Notes: generated by a model not told the origin, from the sequence alone. 64,000 nucleotides of DNA from Anaerolineales bacterium (GCA_036846365.1 DAIUCC010000008.1:12922-76921); one strand, 5' to 3'. Positions 9,138-20,145 are shown, counted from the stretch's first letter. Translations and numbers: made by a program.

Positions 9138-9209
9138 ATGACACGTACACATTTGGCCTCTAAAAGTATAACCGAAGGCGCTGAGAGGAGGATAACATGC
9201 CAGCACTAA
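9138..9209 (+). other. 23-codon upstream ORF overlapping ssb start
   Basis: AAAGGAG RBS + ATG; MTRTHLASKSITEGAERRITCQH; its 3' end contains the ssb RBS (GAGAGGAGG) and overlaps ssb ATG out of frame. Confidence 0.25.
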
Positions 9210-9577
9210 ACCGCGTTCAACTCATCGGAAGACTCGGCAAGGACCCCGAAGGCCGCTTCACGCCCACCGGCAAACAGGTGACGTCGTTCAACGTGGCCAT
9301 CTCGAACCGCTGGAAGAGCGGCGGCGAGACCAAGGAATACACCGAGTGGGTGCATGTCGAGGCCTGGGGACGGCTGGGTGAGGTGTGCCAGGAGTATCTG
9401 CACAAGGGCAGTCTGGTGTACATCGAAGGCCGCTTGAAGACCGAGCGCTACGAGGACAAGGGTGAGACCAAGTACTTCACCAAGGTCGTCGCACTGGCGC
9501 TGCAATTCCTGGACAAGAAACCCGCCGAGGAACCCATGATGCAGGTCGACGAGGAAGTCGGCGAGTACGAGGTCTAG
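9197..9577 (+). CDS. ssb: single-stranded DNA-binding protein
   Basis: OB-fold MPALNRVQLIGRLGKDPE...WHVEAWGRL; acidic C-terminal tail DEEVGEYEV. Confidence 0.9.
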   Translation: MPALNRVQLIGRLGKDPEGRFTPTGKQVTSFNVAISNRWKSGGETKEYTEWVHVEAWGRLGEVCQEYLHKGSLVYIEGRLKTERYEDKGETKYFTKVVALALQFLDKKPAEEPMMQVDEEVGEYEV

Positions 9578-9620
9578 CCACGGAATCAACTGGGGGAGAT
9601 CGAGGAATACAAGTGAATCA

Positions 9621-9668
9621 AAAAGGCGCAGCCACGAGAAGAGTGACTGCGCCTTTTGTGTTTTTGGT
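9621..9668. terminator. bidirectional terminator between ssb and cysS
   Basis: aaggcgcag...ctgcgcctt stem then ttgtgtttttgg. Confidence 0.6.
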
Positions 9669-9673
9669 TTCGA

Positions 9674-11071
<1,398 letters not shown>

Positions 11072-11107
11072 GAATACCTGCCTTGCTTTTCGCGCACTAA
11101 TCGAAAC

Positions 11108-12184
11108 TTATTTCCGCTTCTTGCCGTTGCGTTCCTCTTCTACACGGGCGAAGATCATGCGGCCCGCGGCGGTCTGAAGGACCTTGGTGACCGAAACGTC
11201 CATGTACTCGCCGATGTATTCCTTGCCGTTCTCCACGACAACCATTGTGCCATCGTCCATGTAGCCGACGCCCTGCCCCATTTCCTTGCCTTCCTGGATG
11301 ATATTGATGCGCAACAACTCACCCGGCAACACCACCGACTTGACCGCATTGGCCAGTTCGTTGATGTTGAGCACGGTCACACCCTGCAACTCAGCGATGC
11401 GATTAAGGTTGTAGTCATTGGTCAGCACGGGACTCTTGAGCTGCTTGCCGAGGACGATCAGTTTGTCGTCCACTTCGCGGACGCCCTCCACGTCGATGTC
11501 GCTGATACGGACGAGGATATTGGGCAGCTTTTGCAACTCGGCCAGCACTTCCATGCCGCGGCGTCCGCGCTGACGGCGCAGGCCATCGGGCGAGTCGGCG
11601 ATGTATTGCAGTTCGTTCAAGACGAAACGCGGGATGAGCAGCGTACCGGGCAGGAAGCCGGTCTTGGCGATGTCGGACACGCGCCCGTCGATGATGACGC
11701 TGGTATCGAGCAGGATGTTACGGTTGAGGTTGGTCCACGAGGAGGACGAACCGCTTTCGTTGCGTCCACTCAGGGCGCTGAGCAGGCCCATGATGTCGCC
11801 CTGGCGCATGACGAACAACGAGACGCCCAGGTAGGCGAAGATCAACACCCCGATGAAGGGCAGGATGCTCCCAAACGGGCTGGGCAGCATGGAAAGCGGA
11901 AAAGCCAGCAGGGCGGCCGTCAGCAGGCCCATCACCAGCCCGGTCAGGCCGGCAAAAAGCGTCTCGGCGGCCAGCCGTCCCAGCAGGGACCGCAGGGCGC
12001 GCGCGGGACGCGTGGTCAGATAAGGGGCGAAAAGTAACCCGGTCAGGGCCCCCAGCATGGAAAATCCCAGAGTGTAGCCAGTAACATCGGCTGCGGTGGC
12101 GTTCGAAAAATTGTATCCCCAATAACCGGCTGCGCTGCCAAAAACAATCATGAAAACGATGCGCAAAATGAATTCTACGCTCAT
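11108..12184 (-). CDS. PIN/TRAM-domain membrane protein (YacL-like)
   Basis: Four N-terminal TM helices, PIN domain (ILLDTSVIIDGRV...), C-terminal TRAM-like domain; sits immediately upstream of cysS as yacL does in Firmicutes. Confidence 0.8.
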   Translation of the reverse strand: MSVEFILRIVFMIVFGSAAGYWGYNFSNATAADVTGYTLGFSMLGALTGLLFAPYLTTRPARALRSLLGRLAAETLFAGLTGLVMGLLTAALLAFPLSMLPSPFGSILPFIGVLIFAYLGVSLFVMRQGDIMGLLSALSGRNESGSSSSWTNLNRNILLDTSVIIDGRVSDIAKTGFLPGTLLIPRFVLNELQYIADSPDGLRRQRGRRGMEVLAELQKLPNILVRISDIDVEGVREVDDKLIVLGKQLKSPVLTNDYNLNRIAELQGVTVLNINELANAVKSVVLPGELLRINIIQEGKEMGQGVGYMDDGTMVVVENGKEYIGEYMDVSVTKVLQTAAGRMIFARVEEERNGKKRK

Positions 12185-12318
12185 AAAAATACTCCTTTGG
12201 ATTTAAAAGTGCGGAATAAGGACAAAATGAACAGGTTTCAGCATGATAGCACGCATGAAAGATAACGTCAATTACCAACGTCGAAGCTCTGATAATATTG
12301 TTATAATCCATCGGTACC

Positions 12319-13299
12319 ATGGCCATCGACCGCTTCGGAAGAAAAATCACTTATTTGCGTATCAGCCTGACTGATCACTGCAATCTGCGCTGCGTGTACT
12401 GCATGCCCGAGGACATGACCTTCCGTCCGACCGCAGAGATGATGCAGGATGAAGAGGTATTTACGCTCACCCGCCTGTTTGCCAGCCTCGGGTTCACGAA
12501 AGTGCGCCTGACGGGCGGCGAACCGACTGTACGCGCCCACATCGTGGACATCGTGCGGGGAATCGCTTCCACCGAGGGCATAAAATCCGTTTCCATGACG
12601 ACCAACGGAGTCCTGCTCTCGAAACTGGCTCAGCCCCTGGCGGAGGCGGGACTCCAACGGGTCAATGTCTCGATTGACACCCTCAACCCCGAGAAATTCC
12701 ACCGCCTCACCCGTTGGGGCAAATTGCAGGATGTTTGGGATGGCATCCTGGCCGCCGAGCGAGCTGGATTGGCGCCCATCAAGCTCAACGCAGTGGTGGT
12801 GCGCGGCTACAACGAGGATGACGTGGTCGATCTGGCCCGCCTGACCCTCGACCACCCCTGGCAGATACGCTTCATCGAGATGATGCCCTTTGCAGGAGCC
12901 ACCGATCTGCAGACCAGCCAGGTTGTCACCATGGCCGAAATTCAGGAACGCATCGAAGACTCGCTGGGCGACTTGCAAGTGGCCAATGACGGCAAACTGG
13001 ACGGCGAGGCGCGTATCTTCCAACTACCGAAAGCTACAGGCAATGTGGGCTTCATCTCGTCGGTCACAGCGCCGTTCTGCGCTTCATGCAACCGCGCCCG
13101 CCTCACCTCAGACGGTCGCCTGCGCCTGTGCCTGCTGCGGGAAAAAGAGGTGGACCTGCTCACTCCACTGCGGGCGGGAGCCTCTCTCGAAGACCTGCGC
13201 CAGATCATCATCAGCGGCGTGTGGGACAAGCCCTGGGGCCACGGTCTGGCCGATGGCATCATCCCCCTCAACCGCGTGATGAGCGAAATCGGCGGCTGA
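12319..13299 (+). CDS. moaA: GTP 3',8-cyclase (molybdenum cofactor biosynthesis protein A)
   Basis: Radical-SAM CNLRCVYCMPED; C-terminal second cluster CASCNRARLTSDGRLRLCL. Confidence 0.9.
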   Translation: MAIDRFGRKITYLRISLTDHCNLRCVYCMPEDMTFRPTAEMMQDEEVFTLTRLFASLGFTKVRLTGGEPTVRAHIVDIVRGIASTEGIKSVSMTTNGVLLSKLAQPLAEAGLQRVNVSIDTLNPEKFHRLTRWGKLQDVWDGILAAERAGLAPIKLNAVVVRGYNEDDVVDLARLTLDHPWQIRFIEMMPFAGATDLQTSQVVTMAEIQERIEDSLGDLQVANDGKLDGEARIFQLPKATGNVGFISSVTAPFCASCNRARLTSDGRLRLCLLREKEVDLLTPLRAGASLEDLRQIIISGVWDKPWGHGLADGIIPLNRVMSEIGG

Positions 13300-13326
13300 C
13301 GCCACATCCCAAACACAGGACGGACC

Positions 13327-14046
13327 ATGTTCTCACCCAATGGCACCCAGGCCATTCTTTTCGACCTTGACGGCACCCTACGCCACACCCAACCCAACGG
13401 CGGCGAGGTTTTCGTCGAACAGGCCCGCGCACTCGGTCTGCGCATCAGCGAAGAAGACCGCCTGCTTGGCATCCGCTGGGAGCATTACTACTGGGCCAAT
13501 TCCATCGATCTGCGCAAGGACTTCGCCACCTATCCAGAATCCGAGCCAGGCTTCTGGGTAAATTACAGCCGTCGACAACTGGTGGCGCTCGGCGCTCATC
13601 CCACACATGCCGCCGAACTTGCGCCGGTCCTGTCGGCGCACATGGACAAGAACTTCAAACCGCTGGGCGTGTTGGACGGCGATGCGTTCGAGGTGCTCAC
13701 CCAACTCAAGGGAGCGGGATACAGGCTCGGGGTCGTATCGAACCGTGAGAAGCCCTTCCACGGCGATCTCGAAAGCCTGGGCATTCAATCCTTCTTTGAC
13801 CTGTCGCTGGCAGCCGGCGAGGTGAAATCCTACAAACCCGACCCGGGCATCTTCCAGATTGCCCTCGGGCGGATGGGTATTCCCGCCGAAGCCGCCGTGT
13901 ACGTGGGCGACAACTACTTTGCAGACGTGGTCGGGTCCCGCCGCGCCGGACTTCGGCCTGTGCTGTACGACCCGCGCGGAATCTTCCCCGATGCGGACTG
14001 CGAGGTGATCGAGTCCTTCGGAGAATTCCTGAACCTGTTGAAATGA
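13327..14046 (+). CDS. HAD-IA family hydrolase
   Basis: ILFDLDGTL motif I; ...VGDNYFADVVG motif IV. Confidence 0.8.
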   Translation: MFSPNGTQAILFDLDGTLRHTQPNGGEVFVEQARALGLRISEEDRLLGIRWEHYYWANSIDLRKDFATYPESEPGFWVNYSRRQLVALGAHPTHAAELAPVLSAHMDKNFKPLGVLDGDAFEVLTQLKGAGYRLGVVSNREKPFHGDLESLGIQSFFDLSLAAGEVKSYKPDPGIFQIALGRMGIPAEAAVYVGDNYFADVVGSRRAGLRPVLYDPRGIFPDADCEVIESFGEFLNLLK

Positions 14047-14096
14047 CCTTGCGAAGGGCCGACCCTTCGCAAGGTTTTTTACTCAAGGAGAGTATC

Positions 14097-15446
14097 ATGG
14101 CCTGGGAACGAAAGATCATGCGCACGGTACGCGTGCGTAACTCGCAAGCCAGCGGCGTGCTGGCGCGCCTGCTGACCGCTATCTCGGACGAGGGCGGCAG
14201 CATCGGCAGCATTGAGATGCTAACCGAGACCTCGAAACACGTGGTCCGCGACATTACCATCTATGCCGAGGATCAGGCACACATGGATCGCATCCTCCAG
14301 GCAATCCAGGGCAACGAAGATTCACACGTCATCCAGGTGCGCGACGAGGTGCTGGAACTGCACGAGAAGGGCAAGATCGCCATCCGCTCGCGCTACCCCA
14401 TCGACTCGATGACCACCCTGCGGCGCGTGTACACGCCGGGTGTGGCGGAGGTCTGCCGCAAGATCGCCGCGGACCCGTCGCTGGCCTGGGCCTACACGAG
14501 CATCAGCCACATGGTGGCCATCGTCACCGACGGGACGGCCGTGCTCGGCCTGGGTGACATCGGTCCACTGGCGGGCATGCCCGTCATGGAAGGCAAGGCC
14601 ATGCTGATGGAAACGCTGGTGGGGCTTTCCGGCGTGCCGATCCTGCTCGACACCAAGGACACCGATGAAATCATCGCTGCGGTCAAGGCCATCGCACCGA
14701 CCTTTGCTGCCATCCAATTGGAGGACATCTCGGCCCCGCGCTGCTTCGAGATCGAGAAACGGCTGCAGGAGGCGCTCGACATCCCCGTGATGCACGACGA
14801 CCAGCACGGCACAGCCGTGGTTAGCACCGCCGCGCTGATGGTGGCCGCGCGCGAGACCGGCCGCGAATTGAGGAAGTCGGTCATCGGGCAGATCGGCCTG
14901 GGGGCGGCGGGCAATGCCATCGGTCAGATGTTGATGCGGCTGACGGGGAATCCCGTGTACGGGACCGACCTGAACGTCGAGGCGGTGAAACGCTTCGAGC
15001 GCCAGGGCGGACGCGGGTCCACTCTGCAGGAGATCATGGCCGAGTGCGACATCGTCATCGCCACCACGGGCGCGCCCGGGCTAATCAAGCCCGAGATGGT
15101 CCGCCCGGGGCAGATCATCCTGGCGCTCTCCAACCCCAACGCGGAGATCGATCCCGACCTGGCGCTGGAACGCGGCGCGGCCTTCGCCGCCGACGGGAAG
15201 TCCGTCAACAATGTACTGGGGTTCCCGGGCATCTTCCGCGGTGCCGTGGACGCTCATGCCCCGCGCATCACACACGAGATGTTGGTGGCCGCCGCCGAGA
15301 CCATCGCCTCGATGACCCCGCCCGGCGAGCTGGTACCGAATCCGCTGGATAAGAAGGTCCATCATGCGGTGGCGCGCGCCGTGGCTGAGATGGCCTTCAA
15401 ACAGGGCCTCGCCCGCGCGGATTATGTCCCCTACGTGGAAGAATAG
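14097..15446 (+). CDS. NAD(P)-dependent malic enzyme with N-terminal ACT-like domain
   Basis: Malic-enzyme signature VYTPGVA, NAD-binding GLGAAGNAIG; AAGGAGAG RBS before ATG 14097 (ORF-track start 14043 overlaps upstream gene). Confidence 0.8.
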   Translation: MAWERKIMRTVRVRNSQASGVLARLLTAISDEGGSIGSIEMLTETSKHVVRDITIYAEDQAHMDRILQAIQGNEDSHVIQVRDEVLELHEKGKIAIRSRYPIDSMTTLRRVYTPGVAEVCRKIAADPSLAWAYTSISHMVAIVTDGTAVLGLGDIGPLAGMPVMEGKAMLMETLVGLSGVPILLDTKDTDEIIAAVKAIAPTFAAIQLEDISAPRCFEIEKRLQEALDIPVMHDDQHGTAVVSTAALMVAARETGRELRKSVIGQIGLGAAGNAIGQMLMRLTGNPVYGTDLNVEAVKRFERQGGRGSTLQEIMAECDIVIATTGAPGLIKPEMVRPGQIILALSNPNAEIDPDLALERGAAFAADGKSVNNVLGFPGIFRGAVDAHAPRITHEMLVAAAETIASMTPPGELVPNPLDKKVHHAVARAVAEMAFKQGLARADYVPYVEE

Positions 15447-15470
15447 ACAGTTAACCGTAAACGACAAAGA

Positions 15471-15498
15471 AACGGCCTCTTCGCTTGAAGAGGCCGTT
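15471..15498. terminator. bidirectional terminator between malic enzyme and convergent aminotransferase
   Basis: aacggcctcttc-gc-ttgaagaggccgtt. Confidence 0.6.
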
Positions 15499-15505
15499 AT
15501 GATTC

Positions 15506-16762
15506 TTATCGGTCGTAGGACCAGGTGGGTCGATGTCCGTTCTTGTGTAACACTTCCTTCAGCGTGGCACCGAGGCGGGTGATGCCCTCGCGGATGGTCT
15601 CCGGCGAGGAATACGAGAAGTTGAGGCGCATGGTGTTTTTCCCGCCGCCGTTGGGGTGGAAGGCTGCCCCGGGGACAAAAGCTACCTTACGGTCGATGGC
15701 AATCTTCAGTACCTCGGCTGCATCGATTTCCTCGGGCATGATACCCCACAGGAACATGCCGCCCTGCGGATGCGTCCAGCGCATTTCAGATGGGAACATC
15801 TCGTCCATCATCTCAAGCATCACGTCGCGGCGTTCCTTGTACGTGGCACGGATGGTCTTGACATGCTCGTCGAGGAATCCGCCCTTGGCGACCTCATAGG
15901 CCACAAATTGATTGAACGACGAAGTGTGCAGGTCGGCAGCCTGTTTGGTCATGACCAACTTCTTGATGACCTCCGGCGGGGCGATGACCCAGGCCAGGCG
16001 CAGGCCAGGCGCAAGCAACTTCGAGAAGGTGCTGAGATAAATCACATTGCCAGTGTATTCGCCATCGTGCTCGTCGCGGAACTGGCTGTCGAGCATCATC
16101 ACCGAGGGGATGTGCTCGCCCTCGTAGCGTAACTGACCGTAGGGATCGTCCTCCACAATCGGGACCCCGTACTTGTCGGCCAGCTCGACCAGTTTCTTGC
16201 GGCGATCCAGGCTGAGGGTCGAACCAGACGGGTTCTGGAAGTTTGGCAGGACGTAGATGAACTTGGGCCCCACGCGCAAGGCAGCTTCCAATTCATCCAC
16301 GATCATGCCGTTCTCGTCCGCACGGACCGAGATGTACTGTGCGCCGTAGGCGTTCCAGGCCTGGAGCGCGCCCAGATAGGTGGGCGACTCGACCACGATG
16401 TAATCCCCGCGATTAATGAACAACCGCCCGATGAAATCCAAGGCCTGCTGGGACCCCGAGGTGATGAGGATATTATCGGCGGAAACCTGCACGCTGTAGC
16501 GCGCGGTGTGGCGGGCAATCATCTCGCGCAGGGGACGATGGCCCTCGGTAGTGCTGTATTGCAAAGCCTGCGCTCCGTCCTTTTGCAGGACCGTGTTACA
16601 GGCCTCCTGAAATTCCTTGAGCGGGAACACTTCGGGGGCGGGCAGGCCGCCGGCGAAGGAGATGATGTCGGGCTGTTCGGTGAACTTCAGCAGTTCACGG
16701 ATGACCGAGCTTCCCATTTTCTGCGTGCGGTGGGCGTAACGATACTCCCAGGGTGTTTGCAT
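15506..16762 (-). CDS. PLP-dependent aminotransferase (class I; 2-aminoadipate/aromatic LysN/ARO8-like)
   Basis: 418 aa; ...STFSKLLAPGLRLAWV (PLP-Lys region); AAGGAG RBS. Confidence 0.85.
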   Translation of the reverse strand: MQTPWEYRYAHRTQKMGSSVIRELLKFTEQPDIISFAGGLPAPEVFPLKEFQEACNTVLQKDGAQALQYSTTEGHRPLREMIARHTARYSVQVSADNILITSGSQQALDFIGRLFINRGDYIVVESPTYLGALQAWNAYGAQYISVRADENGMIVDELEAALRVGPKFIYVLPNFQNPSGSTLSLDRRKKLVELADKYGVPIVEDDPYGQLRYEGEHIPSVMMLDSQFRDEHDGEYTGNVIYLSTFSKLLAPGLRLAWVIAPPEVIKKLVMTKQAADLHTSSFNQFVAYEVAKGGFLDEHVKTIRATYKERRDVMLEMMDEMFPSEMRWTHPQGGMFLWGIMPEEIDAAEVLKIAIDRKVAFVPGAAFHPNGGGKNTMRLNFSYSSPETIREGITRLGATLKEVLHKNGHRPTWSYDR

Positions 16763-16784
16763 TCAATCTCCTTGGTATAAGAAT

Positions 16785-16823
16785 GAAAAAAGCCTGACAG
16801 GTACGAAGTGACCCGTCAGGCTT
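16785..16823 (-). terminator. intrinsic terminator/attenuator hairpin 23 nt upstream of aminotransferase start
   Basis: minus strand: aagcctgacgggtcacttcgtacctgtcaggctt + TTTTTTC. Confidence 0.5.
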
Positions 16824-16892
16824 GCTGACTCACGGCATCGAAATGCCTAAAAGGAGGAAACCAGGAACCAGAACGATCTCCATGGCTTCTTT

Positions 16893-16920
16893 ATATTACC
16901 AAATTTTGAATTTTATGCAA
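16893..16920 (-). promoter_or_regulatory. candidate sigma70 promoter for aminotransferase leader
   Basis: minus strand TTGCAT -16 nt- TAATAT. Confidence 0.35.
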
Positions 16921-16965
16921 ACGACAAATGACCTATAAAAGCCATGCGGCTTGTCAGTTTTTACT

Positions 16966-17547
16966 TCAAACGGCCTCAGTCGCGAACTGGTTCAAGTTGA
17001 CGGCCACCAGCGGCAGGGCCTCATCCACGTAGGTTTCCAGGGCGGGACGATTCTTGCTCGCGCTCCAGTAGGAGGCCAGCCCATAGATGGCCCAGGTGGC
17101 GGCTGTGGCGGGCATCTCCGCCGAAACGGGGATATTCATCTTGCGCAGCCAGACCAGCAGCAATTCGTAGACCTGTTCCTTGATCTGCTTTTCAACCAGC
17201 GGGGAGAACTGTTTTTGTGATTGCGCGCAACTGGTGTTGAGCTTTACCTGAAATTCACACACGGTCAGGATCAGCATGCGCAAATTCTCGGGCGTGTAAT
17301 GACAGGCGTTCAGCACACGGCTCTCGATTTCCTGACGGAACTTTTGGCGGATGCTGTGGTCGAGCAGGGCATACTTGTCCTCGAAATGCGCGTAGAACGT
17401 GGCGCGGTTGATCTGAGCCTTCTCGGTCACATCCTGCACGGTGATGGTGTCGAAGTTTTTTTCGGCCAGCAGTTCATCAAAGGATCGTTCGATCAATTGT
17501 CGGGTACGACGCACGCGCGGATCCTGATCATTTAGTTTGGACAACAT
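16966..17547 (-). CDS. TetR/AcrR family transcriptional regulator
   Basis: HTH TITVQDVTEKAQINRATFYAHF. Confidence 0.85.
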   Translation of the reverse strand: MLSKLNDQDPRVRRTRQLIERSFDELLAEKNFDTITVQDVTEKAQINRATFYAHFEDKYALLDHSIRQKFRQEIESRVLNACHYTPENLRMLILTVCEFQVKLNTSCAQSQKQFSPLVEKQIKEQVYELLLVWLRKMNIPVSAEMPATAATWAIYGLASYWSASKNRPALETYVDEALPLVAVNLNQFATEAV

Positions 17548-17725
17548 TTCTTCTCCTATGTTGCTTAGTCAACAAAAGTTTCGTTTTGGTGGTTGACCTG
17601 AGCTAACGGGTGCGGTCTAATATAGCAACATTTGTTGTTTATGCAACGAATGTATAAAATATATCACACGAAGGGTAGCAAGTCAAGGAGCCTCTCCAAA
17701 ACCACCGCCCTTCAAGGAGATTTAC

Positions 17726-18358
17726 ATGACCACCCCTGAAATTGAACTGACCTCTTTTGCCCAGGCCGCCGCGGACGACCAGATCGAGCGCGCCGCCCAG
17801 GCCCTGACCGCCAACGGATTCGGCGTGCTGGTAGCCGCCAACGGCGCAGAAGCCAGCAAGCTGTTCTTCGACCACCTGCCCGAAGGTGCGCAAATCCATA
17901 CCGGGGCCTCAGCCACGCTTGAGACGCTTGGCATCACGGAAATCATCGAAAAGTCGGGCCGCTTCAACGCTGTCCGCCCACAGATTTGGAAGATGGACCG
18001 TGCCACCCAGGCCGACGACATGCGCCGCCTCGGCGCTGCTCCCGATTACATGGCGGGCAGCGTCCACGCGGTGACCGAAGATGGGCACGTGCTCATCGCC
18101 TCGCGCAGCGGCAGCCAGCTCGGTCCGTACGTATTCGGCGCAGGCCACGTCATCTGGGTCGTCGGTGCCCAGAAGATCGTCCGTGATATGGCTGAAGGCA
18201 TGCGCCGCGTGGAAGAGCACGTCTTCCCCCTGGAAGATGCACGCGCCCTGAAGACTTACGGTGTCCACAGCGATATTTCCAAACTGGTGATCTACAACCG
18301 CGAGCCTGTCCCAGGCCGCACCACCATCATCCTTGTCAAAGAAGAGTTGGGTTTCTAA
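17726..18358 (+). CDS. LUD-domain (LutC-like / DUF162) protein
   Basis: 210 aa; divergent from TetR gene; AAGGAG RBS. Confidence 0.7.
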   Translation: MTTPEIELTSFAQAAADDQIERAAQALTANGFGVLVAANGAEASKLFFDHLPEGAQIHTGASATLETLGITEIIEKSGRFNAVRPQIWKMDRATQADDMRRLGAAPDYMAGSVHAVTEDGHVLIASRSGSQLGPYVFGAGHVIWVVGAQKIVRDMAEGMRRVEEHVFPLEDARALKTYGVHSDISKLVIYNREPVPGRTTIILVKEELGF

Positions 18359-18405
18359 CCCGCTTCACCTTTCATAAATCAACCTATTCAGAAGGAGAAA
18401 ATAAA

Positions 18406-19044
18406 ATGAACGTAACCATTATCGGCGCTGGAAATATGGGACGCGGAATCGCCACCCGTCTGCTGAGCGGCGGTCACAGCGTGACCCTGATCGACCAGAA
18501 CGAGGCACAAGCCACCGAGCTGGCCAAGCAGTTGCAGGCTTCCGCCAAGGGCGGAGCAACCATCGCCACCGCCCCTTCGGGCAGCGCGCTCAAGGACGAG
18601 GTTGTGGTGCTGGCCGTGTACTATCCCGTCGTGGCCGCCGTCATCGAGCAGTACGGCAAGCAGTTCGACGGCAAGGTGGTGGTCGACATCACCAACACCC
18701 TGAACGACACCTTCACCGAGCCGCGCTTCGACAACACCTCGGGTGCGGAGGAGATCGCCAAACTCCTGCCGAACTCGAAGGTGGTCAAAGCCTTCAACAC
18801 CACCTTTGCGGGGACCCTCGTCAGCGGACAGGTGGCGGGGCAGCCGCTGGATGTGCTGATCGCGGGTGACGACTCGGCCGCCAAGGCCCTGGTCGCGGAC
18901 CTGGCGCAGGCAGGCGGCATGCGTCCCGTGGACGTGGGTCCGCTGCGCCGCGCCCGCCAATTGGAAGGCGTGGGTTTCCTGCACATCACCTTGCAGGGCG
19001 CGCTCGGCACCAACTGGGGTAGCGCGGTCAAATTCATCAGCTAA
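18406..19044 (+). CDS. NADP oxidoreductase, F420-dependent family (Npd-like)
   Basis: MNVTIIGAGNMGRGIA Rossmann; family-typical length 212 aa; GAAGGAG RBS. Confidence 0.75.
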   Translation: MNVTIIGAGNMGRGIATRLLSGGHSVTLIDQNEAQATELAKQLQASAKGGATIATAPSGSALKDEVVVLAVYYPVVAAVIEQYGKQFDGKVVVDITNTLNDTFTEPRFDNTSGAEEIAKLLPNSKVVKAFNTTFAGTLVSGQVAGQPLDVLIAGDDSAAKALVADLAQAGGMRPVDVGPLRRARQLEGVGFLHITLQGALGTNWGSAVKFIS

Positions 19045-19171
19045 CCCAGGTAGTGACTTCTTGATTTCTTAACGCAAAATCGCCAAGACGCCGGGATACA
19101 ATATTTTCTTCACGGCTCTGCACCTTTGTGTTAAATCAGTCAACATCGACTTGCGTGCAATAAAACAGCCC

Positions 19172-19198
19172 CCGTTTGTGACGGGGGCTGTCGTTCTT
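19172..19198 (-). terminator. terminator after exonuclease-WYL gene
   Basis: acagcccccgt-ttgtg-acgggggctgt; minus strand followed by tttta. Confidence 0.55.
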
Positions 19199-19207
19199 CA
19201 TGCAGAC

Positions 19208-20011
19208 TTACTTCTCCACTTTTACGTCGATGATACGGTCGAGGCGGAAACTGCGCTCGGCGTTGCGCAGGTGACAATATCCCATCAGGTAGATGTAATC
19301 GGCCAGGCCCATCACCTGTTTGGGCGTGACCCAGCGCTCCGAGCGCTCGCCGTCGCCGTCCACGTAGGTGATGTGGATGCGGTGTCCGCTGTAGATGGCT
19401 TCGCCCAATTCGGTCGGCAGTTGGATGCCGTCATTCGGCCAGACGGGCGAGTTATAGATGCCGATGTACTCGTCCAGCGGACGGTTCTCGGGTTTGAGCG
19501 CATCCATCATCTGGAAGAAGATAGCCCGCAGGGTCATGGCGTCGGCAAGGGCGCGATGTTCCTTCTCCTGCTTGACGTGCAGCGCATCGGCGATGGAGGC
19601 CAGGGTGTTCGACGGAAACTCGAACCAGGTCCGCGCGAGGTGCAGGGTGTCCACCAGGTTGGGGATCTGGACCTCCCGCCCGAGGCGGCGGAACTCGTTA
19701 TCAAGGAATTGCAGGTCGAACTGGGCATTGTGACAGACCACCACCGCGTCCCGCAGGTGAGACTCCACCGACTCCGCCACCGCGGGGAACAGGGGCGCGG
19801 TGACCAGCTCACGGTCCGAGAGGCCGTTGGTGCTGGCGGCCCCGAAGGACAATTCCCGCTCGGGGTTGACCAACGTCTGATAGGTGGACTTGATCCGCCG
19901 CCCTTCGGTCAGGACGATCCCCACCTCACAGATACGGTCTCCAAACCAGGGCGAAAGGCCCGTCGTTTCCAGGTCCAAAAAGGCAAAGCGCGCATTGGCG
20001 AGATCAAACAT
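19208..20011 (-). CDS. DnaQ-like 3'-5' exonuclease (DEDDh) fused to C-terminal WYL domain
   Basis: Exo I FLDLETTGL, Exo II VVCHNAQFDLQFL, Exo III HRALADAMT; C-terminal ...ERWVTPKQVMGLADYIYLMGYCHLRNAERSFRLDRI (W..YL..RxFRLDRI). Confidence 0.75.
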   Translation of the reverse strand: MFDLANARFAFLDLETTGLSPWFGDRICEVGIVLTEGRRIKSTYQTLVNPERELSFGAASTNGLSDRELVTAPLFPAVAESVESHLRDAVVVCHNAQFDLQFLDNEFRRLGREVQIPNLVDTLHLARTWFEFPSNTLASIADALHVKQEKEHRALADAMTLRAIFFQMMDALKPENRPLDEYIGIYNSPVWPNDGIQLPTELGEAIYSGHRIHITYVDGDGERSERWVTPKQVMGLADYIYLMGYCHLRNAERSFRLDRIIDVKVEK

Positions 20012-20145
20012 GCGGCGATGTTACCCCGTTTTTCGACGGAGGGCAACCGCAAAGAAAAATCCGCCAGGTGTCTGGCGGATTAATTCGTCCTGAGCGGAGC
20101 CGCATGTTTTTCGCGGCGTAGTCGAAGGACAGATTATGACCAATC

